Of a stretch of DNA of 64,000 bases, positions 1 to 13,505 are shown one piece after another (position 1 is the first letter of the stretch; every line of letters begins with the position of its first letter). The translations under genes were made by a program, and so were the position numbers. The stretch spans positions 608,001-672,000 of the forward strand of contig OZ220089.1 in NCBI GenBank assembly GCA_964291625.2, in the 5' to 3' direction. The DNA is from Candidatus Latescibacterota bacterium. GTDB lineage: Bacteria > Latescibacterota > UBA2968 > UBA8231. A model generated the notes under the pieces. That model saw only the letters and a program-made list of their open reading frames with translations, had not been told where the DNA came from and made no database searches.

Positions 1-1362
1 CTGCGCTCCGCCCGCGAGGAACAGCACCGGCTGAGGGCCCGGCGGGAGCAGCAGCAGGCCCGTCTGGCCGCCACCGAGGGGAAGCTGCAGAAGCTGGCCG
101 GCAGCGCCCCCCGGGAGGAGGCCCGGCTGGCCGCGATCGAGGAGGAGATCTCGGAACTCGAAGGCCGGATCCAGGCCGGGGAGGAGCGGCTGAAAGCCGC
201 CGAGGGGGCTCGCCGGGAGCAGCAGGAGGCCCTCAACGGGTTGCGCCTGGAGAGCGTCCGGATCGACGCCGAGGCCAGGGCCCTGCGGGACGAGTGCGGG
301 CGCCTCGAGCGCCTCCACAAGAGCCACCAGACCTCGATCGAGCGGCTGCAGGACGAGGTCGCCCGGGCCGACCGGGAGAGGGCCCGCCTGGGGGCGGAGG
401 AAGAGGCGATCACCACCCAGCTGGCCGTCCGGCACAAGGAACGCGAGGGCCTGGAAGGCGAGCGTCAGGAGCGCCACCGCCAGTGGCAGGACCGCACCAC
501 CGGAGCCCGCGGACTGGAGGAGGAGATCGGCCGCCTGCAGCGGGAACTGGGCGCCGATCAGGAGCGCCGCCATCGGCAGGAGCTGCAGCTGGCGGAGATG
601 AAGGCCGAGTGCCGCCGGATCGAGGGGCGCCTGAACGAGGAGTACGAGGTTGCCGTAGCCTCCCTCGGCCCCCTGGACGAGACCGACTTCGACGCCGCCG
701 CCGCCGCCGAGCGGCTGGAGCGCATCCGCCGCTCCATCGCCCGGCTGGGCTCGGTTGACGTGGGGGTGCTGCAGGACTACGAGGAGCAGAAGGAGCGCTA
801 CGACTTCCTCTGCCGGCAGCGCGACGACCTCGAGTCGGCCGCCGAGGATCTGCGCAAGGCCCTTCAGCGCATCGACCGCGTCGCCCGGAGCAAGTTCCGC
901 GAGACCTTCGCCGAGATCCGCGAGAAGTTCCGCGAGACCTTCGCCAGGTTCTTTCCCGGCGGCGAGGCCGATCTGTCACTGGAGGCGGACGTAGACCCCC
1001 TGGAGTCGAACATCGAGATCACCGCCCGGCCCCGCGGCAAGCGCCTGCAGAGCATCGGCCTGCTCTCCGGCGGCGAGCGTGCCCTGACGGCGATCTCCCT
1101 GCTCTTCGCCATCTACCTGGTCAAGCCGAGTCCCTGGTGCATCCTCGACGAGGTCGACGCGCCTCTGGACGACGCCAACACCGAGCGCTTCCTGCGGGTG
1201 CTGCGGGAGTTCGCACGCACCACCCAGTTCATCCTGGTGACCCACAACAAGCTGTCCATGGCATCGGCCGACTCCCTGCACGGCGTGACCATGCCGGAGG
1301 AGGGCGTGTCGCAGCTGGTCTCGGTGCAGGTTGTGGAGGAGATGCTCGAAGCGGCGGGCTGA
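1..1362 (+). CDS. smc: Chromosome segregation protein SMC, C-terminal part (5' truncated by window)
   Basis: Frame is open from base 1; coiled coil followed by ABC signature LSGGE, Walker B ILDEVDAPLD and QFILVTHNK. Confidence 0.95.
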   Translation: MRSAREEQHRLRARREQQQARLAATEGKLQKLAGSAPREEARLAAIEEEISELEGRIQAGEERLKAAEGARREQQEALNGLRLESVRIDAEARALRDECGRLERLHKSHQTSIERLQDEVARADRERARLGAEEEAITTQLAVRHKEREGLEGERQERHRQWQDRTTGARGLEEEIGRLQRELGADQERRHRQELQLAEMKAECRRIEGRLNEEYEVAVASLGPLDETDFDAAAAAERLERIRRSIARLGSVDVGVLQDYEEQKERYDFLCRQRDDLESAAEDLRKALQRIDRVARSKFRETFAEIREKFRETFARFFPGGEADLSLEADVDPLESNIEITARPRGKRLQSIGLLSGGERALTAISLLFAIYLVKPSPWCILDEVDAPLDDANTERFLRVLREFARTTQFILVTHNKLSMASADSLHGVTMPEEGVSQLVSVQVVEEMLEAAG

Positions 1363-1369
1363 GGCGGCC

Positions 1370-2224
1370 TCAGCCTTCCCGCAACCCGTACGGGTCCTGC
1401 TCCACCAGCATCCGAGCCCGTTGAGCGGTCCGCTCGTCCTTCGAGCCCAGGGCCTCCCGCAGGAAGGCCGGATTCTCCACGAGGAAACGGCGCATGGCCC
1501 CGCCGGGGTCGCCGAGGTAGTCGGCGAGCACGGCGTGCTGGGCGGCACTGATCAGGCCGCGGCGGTGCAGCTCGGCGAACAGCGCCCCGTCGACGCGCAG
1601 GCACGCCTCGGCGTCGACTCCGCAGGCGGCGATCACCTCCATCCCCCCCTGTCCGCGGTCGACGACGTTGGCGCTCACCGCCATGTCGCCGCCGCGGCCT
1701 CGCAAGGCCGGGATCCAGGCGCGCGTGTAGGAGGAGGCCTCGGTCACCAGGTCGGCCACGTGGGCGGTACGCCGTCCCCTCAGGTCCTCCACCGGGGCCA
1801 GGAGGTTCCCCTCGGCCATCAGGGCGCCGCTGTCCTTGTAGAGGTAGAGGTGCGGCAGCCCGGTCCTCAGGGCGGCGCCCGTGGAGAAGAACCAGTCCCG
1901 CCGCTCCCCTCCCGAGACCCAGTCGACCCCACCCTCGGGCTCACGTCCGCGGATCGAGGCGGCGAGAGCGTCGATCACCCCGGCATAGCCCGGGTCCGAA
2001 GCCAGTTGCGAGGAGACGCGCTCCTGCAGGCGGGCGTGGAAGTCGGCGGATCTCGACTCGGCATCGATGAAGGCGAGCAGCTCCCCGGCGCGCTCCGGGC
2101 CGCCGAAGAGGAAGTGGGTGTTGATGTAGTACGGTCCAACCGTGCCGGAGGTGTACCAGAACACCTGCCCCGGGGGCGCGATGCGCAACGCCTCGGAGCG
2201 CACGAGGGACTCGAGCAGGTCCAT
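1370..2224 (-). CDS. Type I phosphoribosyltransferase (orotate PRTase-like)
   Basis: Start MDLLESLV overlaps the rmlC stop (TGATG); YTSGTVGPYYINTH; PRPP loop-like AHVADLVTEASS; NVVDRGQGG. Confidence 0.7.
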   Translation of the reverse strand: MDLLESLVRSEALRIAPPGQVFWYTSGTVGPYYINTHFLFGGPERAGELLAFIDAESRSADFHARLQERVSSQLASDPGYAGVIDALAASIRGREPEGGVDWVSGGERRDWFFSTGAALRTGLPHLYLYKDSGALMAEGNLLAPVEDLRGRRTAHVADLVTEASSYTRAWIPALRGRGGDMAVSANVVDRGQGGMEVIAACGVDAEACLRVDGALFAELHRRGLISAAQHAVLADYLGDPGGAMRRFLVENPAFLREALGSKDERTAQRARMLVEQDPYGLREG

Positions 2225-2763
2225 CAGGGCAGGTCGGCCTCGTCGAGATCGCACAGCCGCGGATTGACGGCGTCCCGGTGGGAGATCACCGGAGGCCGGC
2301 CGGGGTCGACGCCCCAGTCGAGACCGAGGCCGGGATCGTCCCAGGCCAGGCCGTGCTCGTCGGCTCCCGTGTAGTACTGGTCGACGACGTAGAGGAAGGT
2401 CGCCTCGGAGAGGGTGTGGTAGCCGTGGGCGACCCCCGGCGGGATGAAGAGGGTGCGGAAGGACTCGCCGGCGAGCTGCAAGGTCTCGCCCAGGCCGCGG
2501 GTCGGAGAGCCCCGCCGCAGGTCGTACAGACCGACGCGCAGGGAGCCGGCCACACAGTGCCAGCAGTCGGCCTGGAGGTGGTGGAAGTGCAGGCCGCGGA
2601 GGACCCCGGGACCCGAGTGCGAGCGGTTGACCTGGAGCCGGTCCCAGGCGCGCCCGGGGAACCACTCGCGGCGGAAGATCTCGGCGAACCGGCCGCGGTC
2701 GTCGCCGAAGACGTCCAGCTCGACGGTGAAGACGCCGGCGATCCGACCTTCCTTGCGCTCCAC
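2224..2763 (-). CDS. rmlC: dTDP-4-dehydrorhamnose 3,5-epimerase
   Basis: DDRGRFAE, QVNRSHS..GVLRGLHFH, DLRRGSPT, IPPGVAHGY, WDDPGLGLDW. Confidence 0.9.
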   Translation of the reverse strand: MERKEGRIAGVFTVELDVFGDDRGRFAEIFRREWFPGRAWDRLQVNRSHSGPGVLRGLHFHHLQADCWHCVAGSLRVGLYDLRRGSPTRGLGETLQLAGESFRTLFIPPGVAHGYHTLSEATFLYVVDQYYTGADEHGLAWDDPGLGLDWGVDPGRPPVISHRDAVNPRLCDLDEADLP

Positions 2764-2767
2764 CCCC

Positions 2768-3403
2768 TCAGCCTCCTCGGCCGCAGCACTTCTTGTGCTT
2801 GCGGCCGCTGCCGCAGGGGCAGGGGTCGTTGCGCCCCACCTTGGGCTGCTCTCGCCGGAAGGTGACCACCCGCTCCGGCAGCAGCCGCTCTCCCTCCAGC
2901 ATCTCGGCGGGGCGCCGGCCGTCGAGACCGTCTCGCGGCGTCTGCAGCCACTCGTCGTGGAGCCGGTGCAGTTCCTCCTCGCCGGGGGACTCGTGGCCGC
3001 GCTCCTGGCAGAACAGGCCGAAGTCGGCCATCAGCCGCCCCCGCGGCGAGTCGAGGACCTGCTGCAGCTGCGCGGGGTCGACACCGGGGGGAAGCGCCTG
3101 CCCGAGGGCGGCCAACTGCCCCTCGATGTCGATGCCGGGACCGGCGGCCGCTTCCGCGGGGTCCCGCGCCTCTTCCGCCGGATCTGCTTCCTCGACCGCG
3201 GCCGGACGAACCCGCGGCGCCAGCTCCGCGAGCAGGACGGCGAGGGGCTCCGCCGAGCCGGGGCGGTCGGCCGCCGCCTGCGAGGCGATCCACTCGGGAT
3301 CTTCCCCGTCCGCCAGCAGCTCCAGGATCTCCTCCGCCTCGAGCCGCCGGATGCCGTTGGTCTCGCAGAACTCCTGCAGGGTCCGTGCGGCGTCCGCCTC
3401 CAT
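2768..3403 (-). CDS. SEC-C motif-containing protein
   Basis: C-terminal [21 protein letters not shown]; acidic N-terminal region. Confidence 0.85.
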   Translation of the reverse strand: MEADAARTLQEFCETNGIRRLEAEEILELLADGEDPEWIASQAAADRPGSAEPLAVLLAELAPRVRPAAVEEADPAEEARDPAEAAAGPGIDIEGQLAALGQALPPGVDPAQLQQVLDSPRGRLMADFGLFCQERGHESPGEEELHRLHDEWLQTPRDGLDGRRPAEMLEGERLLPERVVTFRREQPKVGRNDPCPCGSGRKHKKCCGRGG

Positions 3404-3470
3404 CTCTCTCCGCTCCTGAATGGCCGCCCGAATCTAGGCCGCGTCCCTGGCTGGTCAAAGCGGGCGGGCG

Positions 3471-3505
3471 CTCAGAACTCTGACGGAGATCCTCAGAATC
3501 CTGAG
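3471..3505. promoter_or_regulatory. Two tandem TCAG-N4-CTGA palindromes, candidate operator
   Basis: ctcagaactctgac (3471) and ctcagaatcctgag (3492), 21 bp apart, in the divergent intergenic region. Confidence 0.4.
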
Positions 3506-3528
3506 CCGAAAGACCTGTCCCCGGCCTT

Positions 3529-3556
3529 GGAACCGGATTCGTCCGGGTGTTCACAA
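3529..3556 (+). promoter_or_regulatory. Putative ECF sigma-type promoter upstream of the ECF sigma gene
   Basis: GGAACC-16 bp-TCACAA resembles the sigmaE-type GGAAC/TCAAA consensus. Confidence 0.45.
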
Positions 3557-3665
3557 TTCCTTCGGAGACAGCTGCTTACAACAGTTCCCCGAATCCTGGC
3601 ACGATGATTGCCACCAGGAGACCAGACCAGATCCCCATCAGCCCCGTCAACCGATGGAGGCAGTC

Positions 3666-4279
3666 ATGGATGCCAAGCAAGCCCTCGCTGATCGCAACCT
3701 GCTGCGGCAGGCCGCCCACGACACCAACCATCTCGCGGCCCTCGTGCGGCGCTACCGCGCCCCCTGTTCAGCTTCGTCTATCGCTTCGTGGGCGACCGCG
3801 AGACCGCCGAGGACATCGTGCAGGAGACCTTCCTGCGATGCCTGCGGCACAAGCACCAGTATCCCGCCATCGAGCAGGTCTCGACCTGGCTCTATACGAT
3901 CGCCGGCAACCTGGCCAAGACCGAGCTGCGCCGGCGCAAGCGCTGGCACTGGGTCCCCATCGGCCCGATGCCCGAGGAGGAGGAGCGCGTCTCCTGCTAC
4001 GAGCCAGTGGACTCGGACCCGCTTCCTGGCGAGTATACGGATGCGCGCAAGGTCCACTCCTCGGTGGCCCGAGCGATCGACGAGCTGCCCGCCGAGTTCC
4101 GGGAGGCGGTGGAGCTGCGCGACCTCAACGGCCTCTCCTACGAGGAGATCGCCAAGATCATCGACTGCCCGGTGGGCACGGTGAAGTCCCGCGTCAACCG
4201 GGGACGCCTGCGGCTGCAGAAGCGTCTGCGCTCCCTGGCCGACGAGTTCCTCGGAGAGCTCATGCCGGCCGCCGCCTGA
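3666..4279 (+). pseudogene. ECF RNA polymerase sigma-70 factor (RpoE-like), split by a 1-bp frameshift that may be a sequencing error
   Basis: GGAGG RBS then MDAKQ..LVRRYRAP; adding one C to the C5 run at 3760-3764 gives LFSFVYRFVGDRETAEDIVQETF..WLYTIAGN..LSYEEIA..PVGTVKSRVNRGR. Confidence 0.85.
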
Positions 4280-4298
4280 GTCCGCGAAAGGACCCGAC

Positions 4299-5348
4299 GT
4301 GAACGTCGACCGCTCCCTCCTGCTCTCCGACCTCGAACGCCTGCTGGTGGCTCACGGACCCTCCGGGGTCGAGGAGGAGGTCGACGCTCTGCTCCGTGAG
4401 ATGCTCCACTCCTGCGGCGAGATCCGTCAGGATGCCGCCGGCAGCCTGGTCCTCCACTTCCCGGGCCGCCGGAGCGGCGGCGCCGTCGCCGTCACCGCCC
4501 ACAAGGACGAGATCTGCATGATCGTCAAGCGGGTCGAGGCGGAGGGACGCCTGCGCGTGCAGCCCGTGGGCGGGCTCCATCCCTGGGCCGTGGGCGAGAC
4601 CCCGGTGGAGATTCTCGCCGACGAAGCGGTCCCCGGGGTGCTGTCCATCGGCTCCAAGCACGTCTCGGGCGAGAGCCCCGCCGGCGCCCTGAAGTCCGGC
4701 GCCGCCCTGACCTGGGAGAAGATGCACGTGGAGACGAAGCTCGACGCCGAGAGCCTGGAGCGCCTCGGCGTGCGGCCCGGGCGGCGCGTCGTCCTGGCGC
4801 GGGGGCGCAAGACCCCCATGTGGCTGGGAGAGGAGTTCCTGTGCGGCTACAACCTCGACTGCCGGGCGGGACTCGCCGTGCTCGTGGCCGCCGCGCGCCA
4901 GCTGCAGCGGGAGCCGCCGGACCGGGACGTCTACCTCGTGGCCAGCGCCGAGGAGGAGATCGGCGGACTCGGCGCCATCTGGTCGGTGGGCCAGCTGGCG
5001 GCGGAGACCGTCATCGCCCTCGACCTGGCCCCCGTGGCCGACGAGTACCAGATCGTCAACAGCGCCGACCCGGTCCTGCCCTGCAAGGATGTCTCCGGGC
5101 TCTACAGCCAACCCCTGATCGACCACCTGACGGGGCTGGCCGACGGTCTCGGCTTCGGCGTGCAGACCGCCGTCCTCACCAGCTACGCCAGCGACGCCAC
5201 CCTGGCCAAGGCCGCGGGATCGGCCGGCCGCGCCGCCTTGGTCGCCTATCCCGGCGACAACACCCACGGTTACGAGATCTGTCACGCCGGCGCCATCGTC
5301 AACTGCGCGCGGCTGCTGCTGGCCCTCCTGTACGACCCTCGGGGCTGA
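4299..5348 (+). CDS. M42 family metallopeptidase (TET/FrvX-like)
   Basis: HGPSGVE, AHKDEI, LDCRAG, AEEEIG, HGYE metal-binding motifs. Confidence 0.85.
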   Translation: MNVDRSLLLSDLERLLVAHGPSGVEEEVDALLREMLHSCGEIRQDAAGSLVLHFPGRRSGGAVAVTAHKDEICMIVKRVEAEGRLRVQPVGGLHPWAVGETPVEILADEAVPGVLSIGSKHVSGESPAGALKSGAALTWEKMHVETKLDAESLERLGVRPGRRVVLARGRKTPMWLGEEFLCGYNLDCRAGLAVLVAAARQLQREPPDRDVYLVASAEEEIGGLGAIWSVGQLAAETVIALDLAPVADEYQIVNSADPVLPCKDVSGLYSQPLIDHLTGLADGLGFGVQTAVLTSYASDATLAKAAGSAGRAALVAYPGDNTHGYEICHAGAIVNCARLLLALLYDPRG

Positions 5349-5372
5349 AGACCCGACGCCGGCGGGGCGCCT

Positions 5373-6425
5373 TCAGTAGGCCCGGCGCACGAAGAACTCC
5401 AGCATCTCCCGCAGAAGGTCCCGCTCCTCCGTCGCCGGCAGTTCCTCCAGCAGGGCGCGGGCTTCCTGCCCGCGCCGGTCCGCCACCTCGGAGGCGTAGG
5501 CGATCGAGCCGTGCTCGTCGGCCATGCCGATGACGGTCTCGATCTGCTCCGGTGTGGTCTCCTCGCGGGCCGTGTGCAGGATCTCGAGAACGCAGCGGCG
5601 GTCGTCGCCGCCGCACTTGCGCAGCAGGTCGATGATGATCAGGGTGCGCTTGCCCTCGGCGATGTCGCCTCCCCGCTCCTTGCCGTAGGCCCCCGCCGTC
5701 AGGCCCGGAGCCTGGGCCGCGTCGCCGGCGGCGGACATCAGGTTCAGCAGGTCGTCGCGGATCTGGAAGGCGATGGCCATGGCCTCGCCGAAGTCGCCGA
5801 TGGCGCGCTGCTGCTCCTCCGGCGCCCCGGCGATGATCGCCCCCGCCGTGCAGGGCCCCCGCCCGGTGTACCAGCCGGTCTTCTTCCGCAGCATGGTCAT
5901 GAACTCCGCCTCGTCGGGGACCGTGCGGCTGCGGATCCAGCCGATGTCGTAGGCCTGCCCCTCGAAGGTCTCCCGGGAGCCGCGGAGCATCTCCTCGATC
6001 AGGGTCAGGGTCATCTCGCACCCGAGGAGCGGTCCGTTGGCGGCGAGCATCTCGAAGACCTTGGCGTACAGGGCGTCGCCGATGTTGATGCTCAGAGGCA
6101 CCCCGTGGAGGCGGTGCATGCAGGGCTCGCCGCGGCGCATCTCCGAATCGTCCTCGATGTCGTCGTGGAGCAGGGCGAAGGACTGGAACATCTCGAAGGC
6201 GGCGGCGGTGCGCGTGGCCCGGCGCAGATCGCCGCCGAGGGCAGCGCACGACAGCATCACCAGGGCCGGCCGGGAGCGCTTGCCGCCGCGCTCCGGGTAG
6301 ACGCGCATCGGGCCGTAGAGATACGCCTCGGGCTCGCGCGCGGGGAGGAAGGAGAACAGTTCCTCCTCCATGAGGGGGATGTAGCTCTCGAGGAAGGCAC
6401 GCAGCCGGGGGGATACGTCGGCCAT
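5373..6425 (-). CDS. Polyprenyl diphosphate synthase (short-chain, GGPP synthase-like)
   Basis: GGKRSRP, FARM LLHDDIEDDSEMRRG, GQAYD, KKTG, SARM FQIRDDLL. Confidence 0.9.
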   Translation of the reverse strand: MADVSPRLRAFLESYIPLMEEELFSFLPAREPEAYLYGPMRVYPERGGKRSRPALVMLSCAALGGDLRRATRTAAAFEMFQSFALLHDDIEDDSEMRRGEPCMHRLHGVPLSINIGDALYAKVFEMLAANGPLLGCEMTLTLIEEMLRGSRETFEGQAYDIGWIRSRTVPDEAEFMTMLRKKTGWYTGRGPCTAGAIIAGAPEEQQRAIGDFGEAMAIAFQIRDDLLNLMSAAGDAAQAPGLTAGAYGKERGGDIAEGKRTLIIIDLLRKCGGDDRRCVLEILHTAREETTPEQIETVIGMADEHGSIAYASEVADRRGQEARALLEELPATEERDLLREMLEFFVRRAY

Positions 6426-6438
6426 TCGGCCCCCCTCC

Positions 6439-6840
6439 CTACTGGCTCGGACCGGCCACCCGGAGGCGGGTCAGGGCCCTCAGCAGGGCTGCCCGGGCGC
6501 GGTCGGCGTCGATGTCGACCTGCGAGCTCAGCCGTTGCCGCGCCCGGTCGCGGGCGGCCTCGGCCCGCGTCACGTCGATCTCGGAGTCGTACTCGGCGGT
6601 CTCGGCCAGCACCGCGACGCCCTCGCCGGAGACCTCGACGAAGCCGCCGCTCACCGCCATGGACCGGCGCCCCGCCTCCTCCACGAAGGACAGGGGGCCC
6701 GCCGTCAGGGCCGCCACCATGGGGGCGTGGCGCGCCAGCACGCCGAAGGAGCCCTCGCTCCCGGGCGCCTGGAGGCTCGACACGGACCCGGAGAACAGGA
6801 CGCGCTCGGGGGTGACGATGCGCAGGGGGTAGTCGGCCAT
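6439..6840 (-). CDS. atpC: F1 ATP synthase epsilon subunit
   Basis: IVTPER, GSFGVLARHAP, AVSGGFVEV; operon position. Confidence 0.95.
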   Translation of the reverse strand: MADYPLRIVTPERVLFSGSVSSLQAPGSEGSFGVLARHAPMVAALTAGPLSFVEEAGRRSMAVSGGFVEVSGEGVAVLAETAEYDSEIDVTRAEAARDRARQRLSSQVDIDADRARAALLRALTRLRVAGPSQ

Positions 6841-6843
6841 GGG

Positions 6844-10642
<3,799 letters not shown>

Positions 10643-10688
10643 TCGGCTCTCTCGTTCCTGAATTGGTTGCAGTTGGCTGCGGCCGGCC

Positions 10689-11231
10689 TCAGGCGCTCAC
10701 CAGGCGGTCCCGGAGGCGTCGCAGCTGGGTGTCGACGGAGGCGTCGAAGACGATGTCGCCGACGCGGGCGACGAGACCGCCGCGGAGCGACTCGTCCACC
10801 TCGGCCCGGACGCTTACCCGGCGGCCGGTGTAGCGCGACAGGCGGCTGCCCAGGGCCTCGACCTGCCCGGGCGTCAGGGCCGTTGCGCTGCGGACCTCGG
10901 CGGTATCGACCCCGGCGCGCTCGTCGAGCATGGCCAGGGCCGCGTCGATCATGTCGGCCAGAGCATGGCTACGGCCCCGTGAGGCCACCAGGCGCGTGAA
11001 GTTGAGGGTGAGAGGCTGCACCTTGCCGGCCAGGACGGCCTCCAGCGCCTTCGACGCCGTGGCCCCGTCGGCGAGGCGGTTGCCGAGGAACTCCCGCAAC
11101 TCCCCGGAGGCGCGCAGGGTGGCCGCCAGCCCTTCCAGGTCGCGGCGCACCTCTACGGTGACACCGGTCTCCTCCGCCGCTTCGAGGAGGGTTACGCCGT
11201 AGCGCCGGACCAGCTCGGTTGCCTTGGCCAT
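10689..11231 (-). CDS. atpH: ATP synthase delta subunit
   Basis: Start [11 protein letters not shown]; [31 protein letters not shown]. Confidence 0.9.
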   Translation of the reverse strand: MAKATELVRRYGVTLLEAAEETGVTVEVRRDLEGLAATLRASGELREFLGNRLADGATASKALEAVLAGKVQPLTLNFTRLVASRGRSHALADMIDAALAMLDERAGVDTAEVRSATALTPGQVEALGSRLSRYTGRRVSVRAEVDESLRGGLVARVGDIVFDASVDTQLRRLRDRLVSA

Positions 11232-11235
11232 CGGC

Positions 11236-11739
11236 TCAGGCGGACGGCTGCGACTGCGGCAGGCGTCCGATGAAGTCGTCGGCGAGCTTGCGGTTGCGCT
11301 CGCCATCGAGCTCGGCGTCGAGGATGGCGCCGGCGGCCTGTACTGCCATGTCGGCCGCCGCCTCGCGCAGCTCGACCAGGGCGGCGCGCTTCTCCGCCTC
11401 GATGCTCTCGGATGCCCGCTCGGCGGTCCGCTGCGCCTCCTGGCGGGCCTCCTCGACGATGCGGGCGCCCACCTGCTCGGCGGCCTCCCGCGCCTCGGCC
11501 ACGATCCGCCGCGCCTCGGACTCGGCCCCGGCGAGCCTCTCCTCGTGCTCTGCCAGCCGTGCCTCGGCCTCCTGGCGGGCCCGGTCGGCGCTCTCGAGAG
11601 AGTCGCGGATGCGTTTCTCCCGCTCGTCCAGGGCCGCCAGCAGCGGACCCCACACCTTCGCCCTGAGGATGAGGAGCACCACCGCAAAGGTGATGATCGT
11701 CCAAAGGATGAGGCCGGGATGGGGGCTGAGCAGATCCAT
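11236..11739 (-). CDS. atpF: Fo subunit b
   Basis: N-terminal TM (WTIITF..KVWGP), then LDEREKRI coiled coil. Confidence 0.95.
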   Translation of the reverse strand: MDLLSPHPGLILWTIITFAVVLLILRAKVWGPLLAALDEREKRIRDSLESADRARQEAEARLAEHEERLAGAESEARRIVAEAREAAEQVGARIVEEARQEAQRTAERASESIEAEKRAALVELREAAADMAVQAAGAILDAELDGERNRKLADDFIGRLPQSQPSA

Positions 11740-11740
11740 G

Positions 11741-11977
<237 letters not shown>

Positions 11978-12832
11978 TCAGTGTTCCGGGTGGGCGGCCA
12001 TGTTCACGAACAGGGCCGTGAGCAGCGTGAAGATGAAGGCCTGTATGCAGGCGATGAAGATGTCCAGAAGGTAGAGAGCCGCCGCCAGCGCCACCGAGGC
12101 CGGCGCCACCCAGTAGCTCTTGAGCATGATGATCATGCCCAGGAAGACGAGGATGGCGACGTGGCCGGCGATCATGTTGGCGAAGAGGCGGATGCACAGG
12201 GCGAAGGGCCTGGCCAGCATGCCGATGATCTCGATCGGCACGAGGATGATCAGCAGCGGCGCCGGCACCCCCGACGGCACCAGGTTCTTCCAGTGGCCGA
12301 AGAAGCCGTTGTTGAGGATGCCGGCCCCCTGGGCGACGGCGAAGGAGATCAGGGCGAGGGCGGCGGTGACGCTGATGTTCCCCGTCGCCGTGGCGCTGTA
12401 CGGCAGCAGGCCGAAGAGGTTGCAGTACAGGATGAAGAAGAAGACGGTGAGCAGGAACGGGAGGTAGGCGCGGCCGCCCTCTCCCATGACCGGCAGGACG
12501 ACCTCGTCGCGCAGGAAGAGGACGATCGTCTCGAGAAGGTTGGCCAGGCCCGACGGCACCAGGGCGGGGCGGCGGAAGCAGGCCAGCATGGTGAGGACGA
12601 GGAGCCCGCTCGCCAGCCACATGACCAGCACGTGGCGGGTGATGGACATGTCGACGCCGAGGATCGGCTCGGCCAGTCCGAGCGCCTCGGACAGGCCCCT
12701 CAGATCGATGTGACCGTCGAAGATGTGGTGGGCGTTGACGAAGGGCACCTCCAGGTAATCGTGGTCCAGGACGTGCCCGATTACGTCTACTTGATTGTCC
12801 GCGCCGTCGGCGGCGGACGCCTCTCCTGCCAT
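11978..12832 (-). CDS. atpB: Fo subunit a
   Basis: NLFGLLP, TATGNISVT, IRLFANMIAGH, IQAFIFTLL; start MAGEASA. Confidence 0.95.
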   Translation of the reverse strand: MAGEASAADGADNQVDVIGHVLDHDYLEVPFVNAHHIFDGHIDLRGLSEALGLAEPILGVDMSITRHVLVMWLASGLLVLTMLACFRRPALVPSGLANLLETIVLFLRDEVVLPVMGEGGRAYLPFLLTVFFFILYCNLFGLLPYSATATGNISVTAALALISFAVAQGAGILNNGFFGHWKNLVPSGVPAPLLIILVPIEIIGMLARPFALCIRLFANMIAGHVAILVFLGMIIMLKSYWVAPASVALAAALYLLDIFIACIQAFIFTLLTALFVNMAAHPEH

Positions 12833-12922
12833 TGACTCCACCCGGGAGTGGCCAGGGGTACTGGGAACAAGACTTGAGAAGTTGCGGAACTTGGCGGTTG
12901 GCCCTGTTGCGCGGCCGGGAGA

Positions 12923-12951
12923 AAAATGTGTGTGCCCCGAGGTCTTGTCAA
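12923..12951 (-). promoter_or_regulatory. Possible internal sigma70 promoter upstream of atpB
   Basis: Perfect TTGACA (12946-12951) in a 125-bp, less GC-rich gap; weak -10 (CATTTT) at 17 bp. Confidence 0.4.
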
Positions 12952-12957
12952 CAGCAC

Positions 12958-13254
12958 TCAGGGCCGCGGGGGGCGGCCGGCGCCGCGGGCCACGAGGACC
13001 ACCTCCAGGGCGAGAAAGACCAGGTAGGCCACGATCAGGCCGGCGGCGTACCCGGTCCTGTGGGTATCCGTGAACCACAGCAGAACGAGGGAGACGGCGG
13101 CCACCAGCAGCAGCCTGGCCGCGGTGCCTCCGAGGATGGCGACCACGAGGGCCCGGGGGTGCCTCGCGCCGAGGCGCAGACCGATCCAGGCGATGACGGC
13201 ACTGGCGGCGGCCACCAGGACTCCGGCCGCGGCGGCGATCCATGGATCCTGCAT
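12958..13254 (-). CDS. atpI: ATP synthase protein I-like membrane protein
   Basis: 98 aa, about three hydrophobic segments, GTAARLLL motif, upstream of atpB. Confidence 0.65.
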   Translation of the reverse strand: MQDPWIAAAAGVLVAAASAVIAWIGLRLGARHPRALVVAILGGTAARLLLVAAVSLVLLWFTDTHRTGYAAGLIVAYLVFLALEVVLVARGAGRPPRP

Positions 13255-13256
13255 GA

Positions 13257-13505
13257 TCAATCCCCTTCCTCGAGATCGTTCGGACGATCGCCGGAGACCA
13301 GGGCCCGGCAGACCTGGTAGAAGGCGGCCACGGCGCCGACGAAGGCCCCCGCGAGCAGCAGCCACGGCGACGTGTCGAGCTCGCCGTCGGCCCACCACCC
13401 GGCGGCGGCGCACACGACCACGGTCACCGCGAACTGCACGCCGAGACCGGCCAGGCGGCCGACCTCTCGAAGCGCCCCCGGCTGCCCGCCGTCCCCGGGA
13501 CTCAC
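13257..13505 (-). CDS. atpZ: AtpZ/AtpI family small membrane protein
   Basis: GLGVQFAV..AGWWADGELDTSPWLLLAGAFVG; GTG start overlaps the nuoN-like stop. Confidence 0.8.
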   Translation of the reverse strand: MSPGDGGQPGALREVGRLAGLGVQFAVTVVVCAAAGWWADGELDTSPWLLLAGAFVGAVAAFYQVCRALVSGDRPNDLEEGD

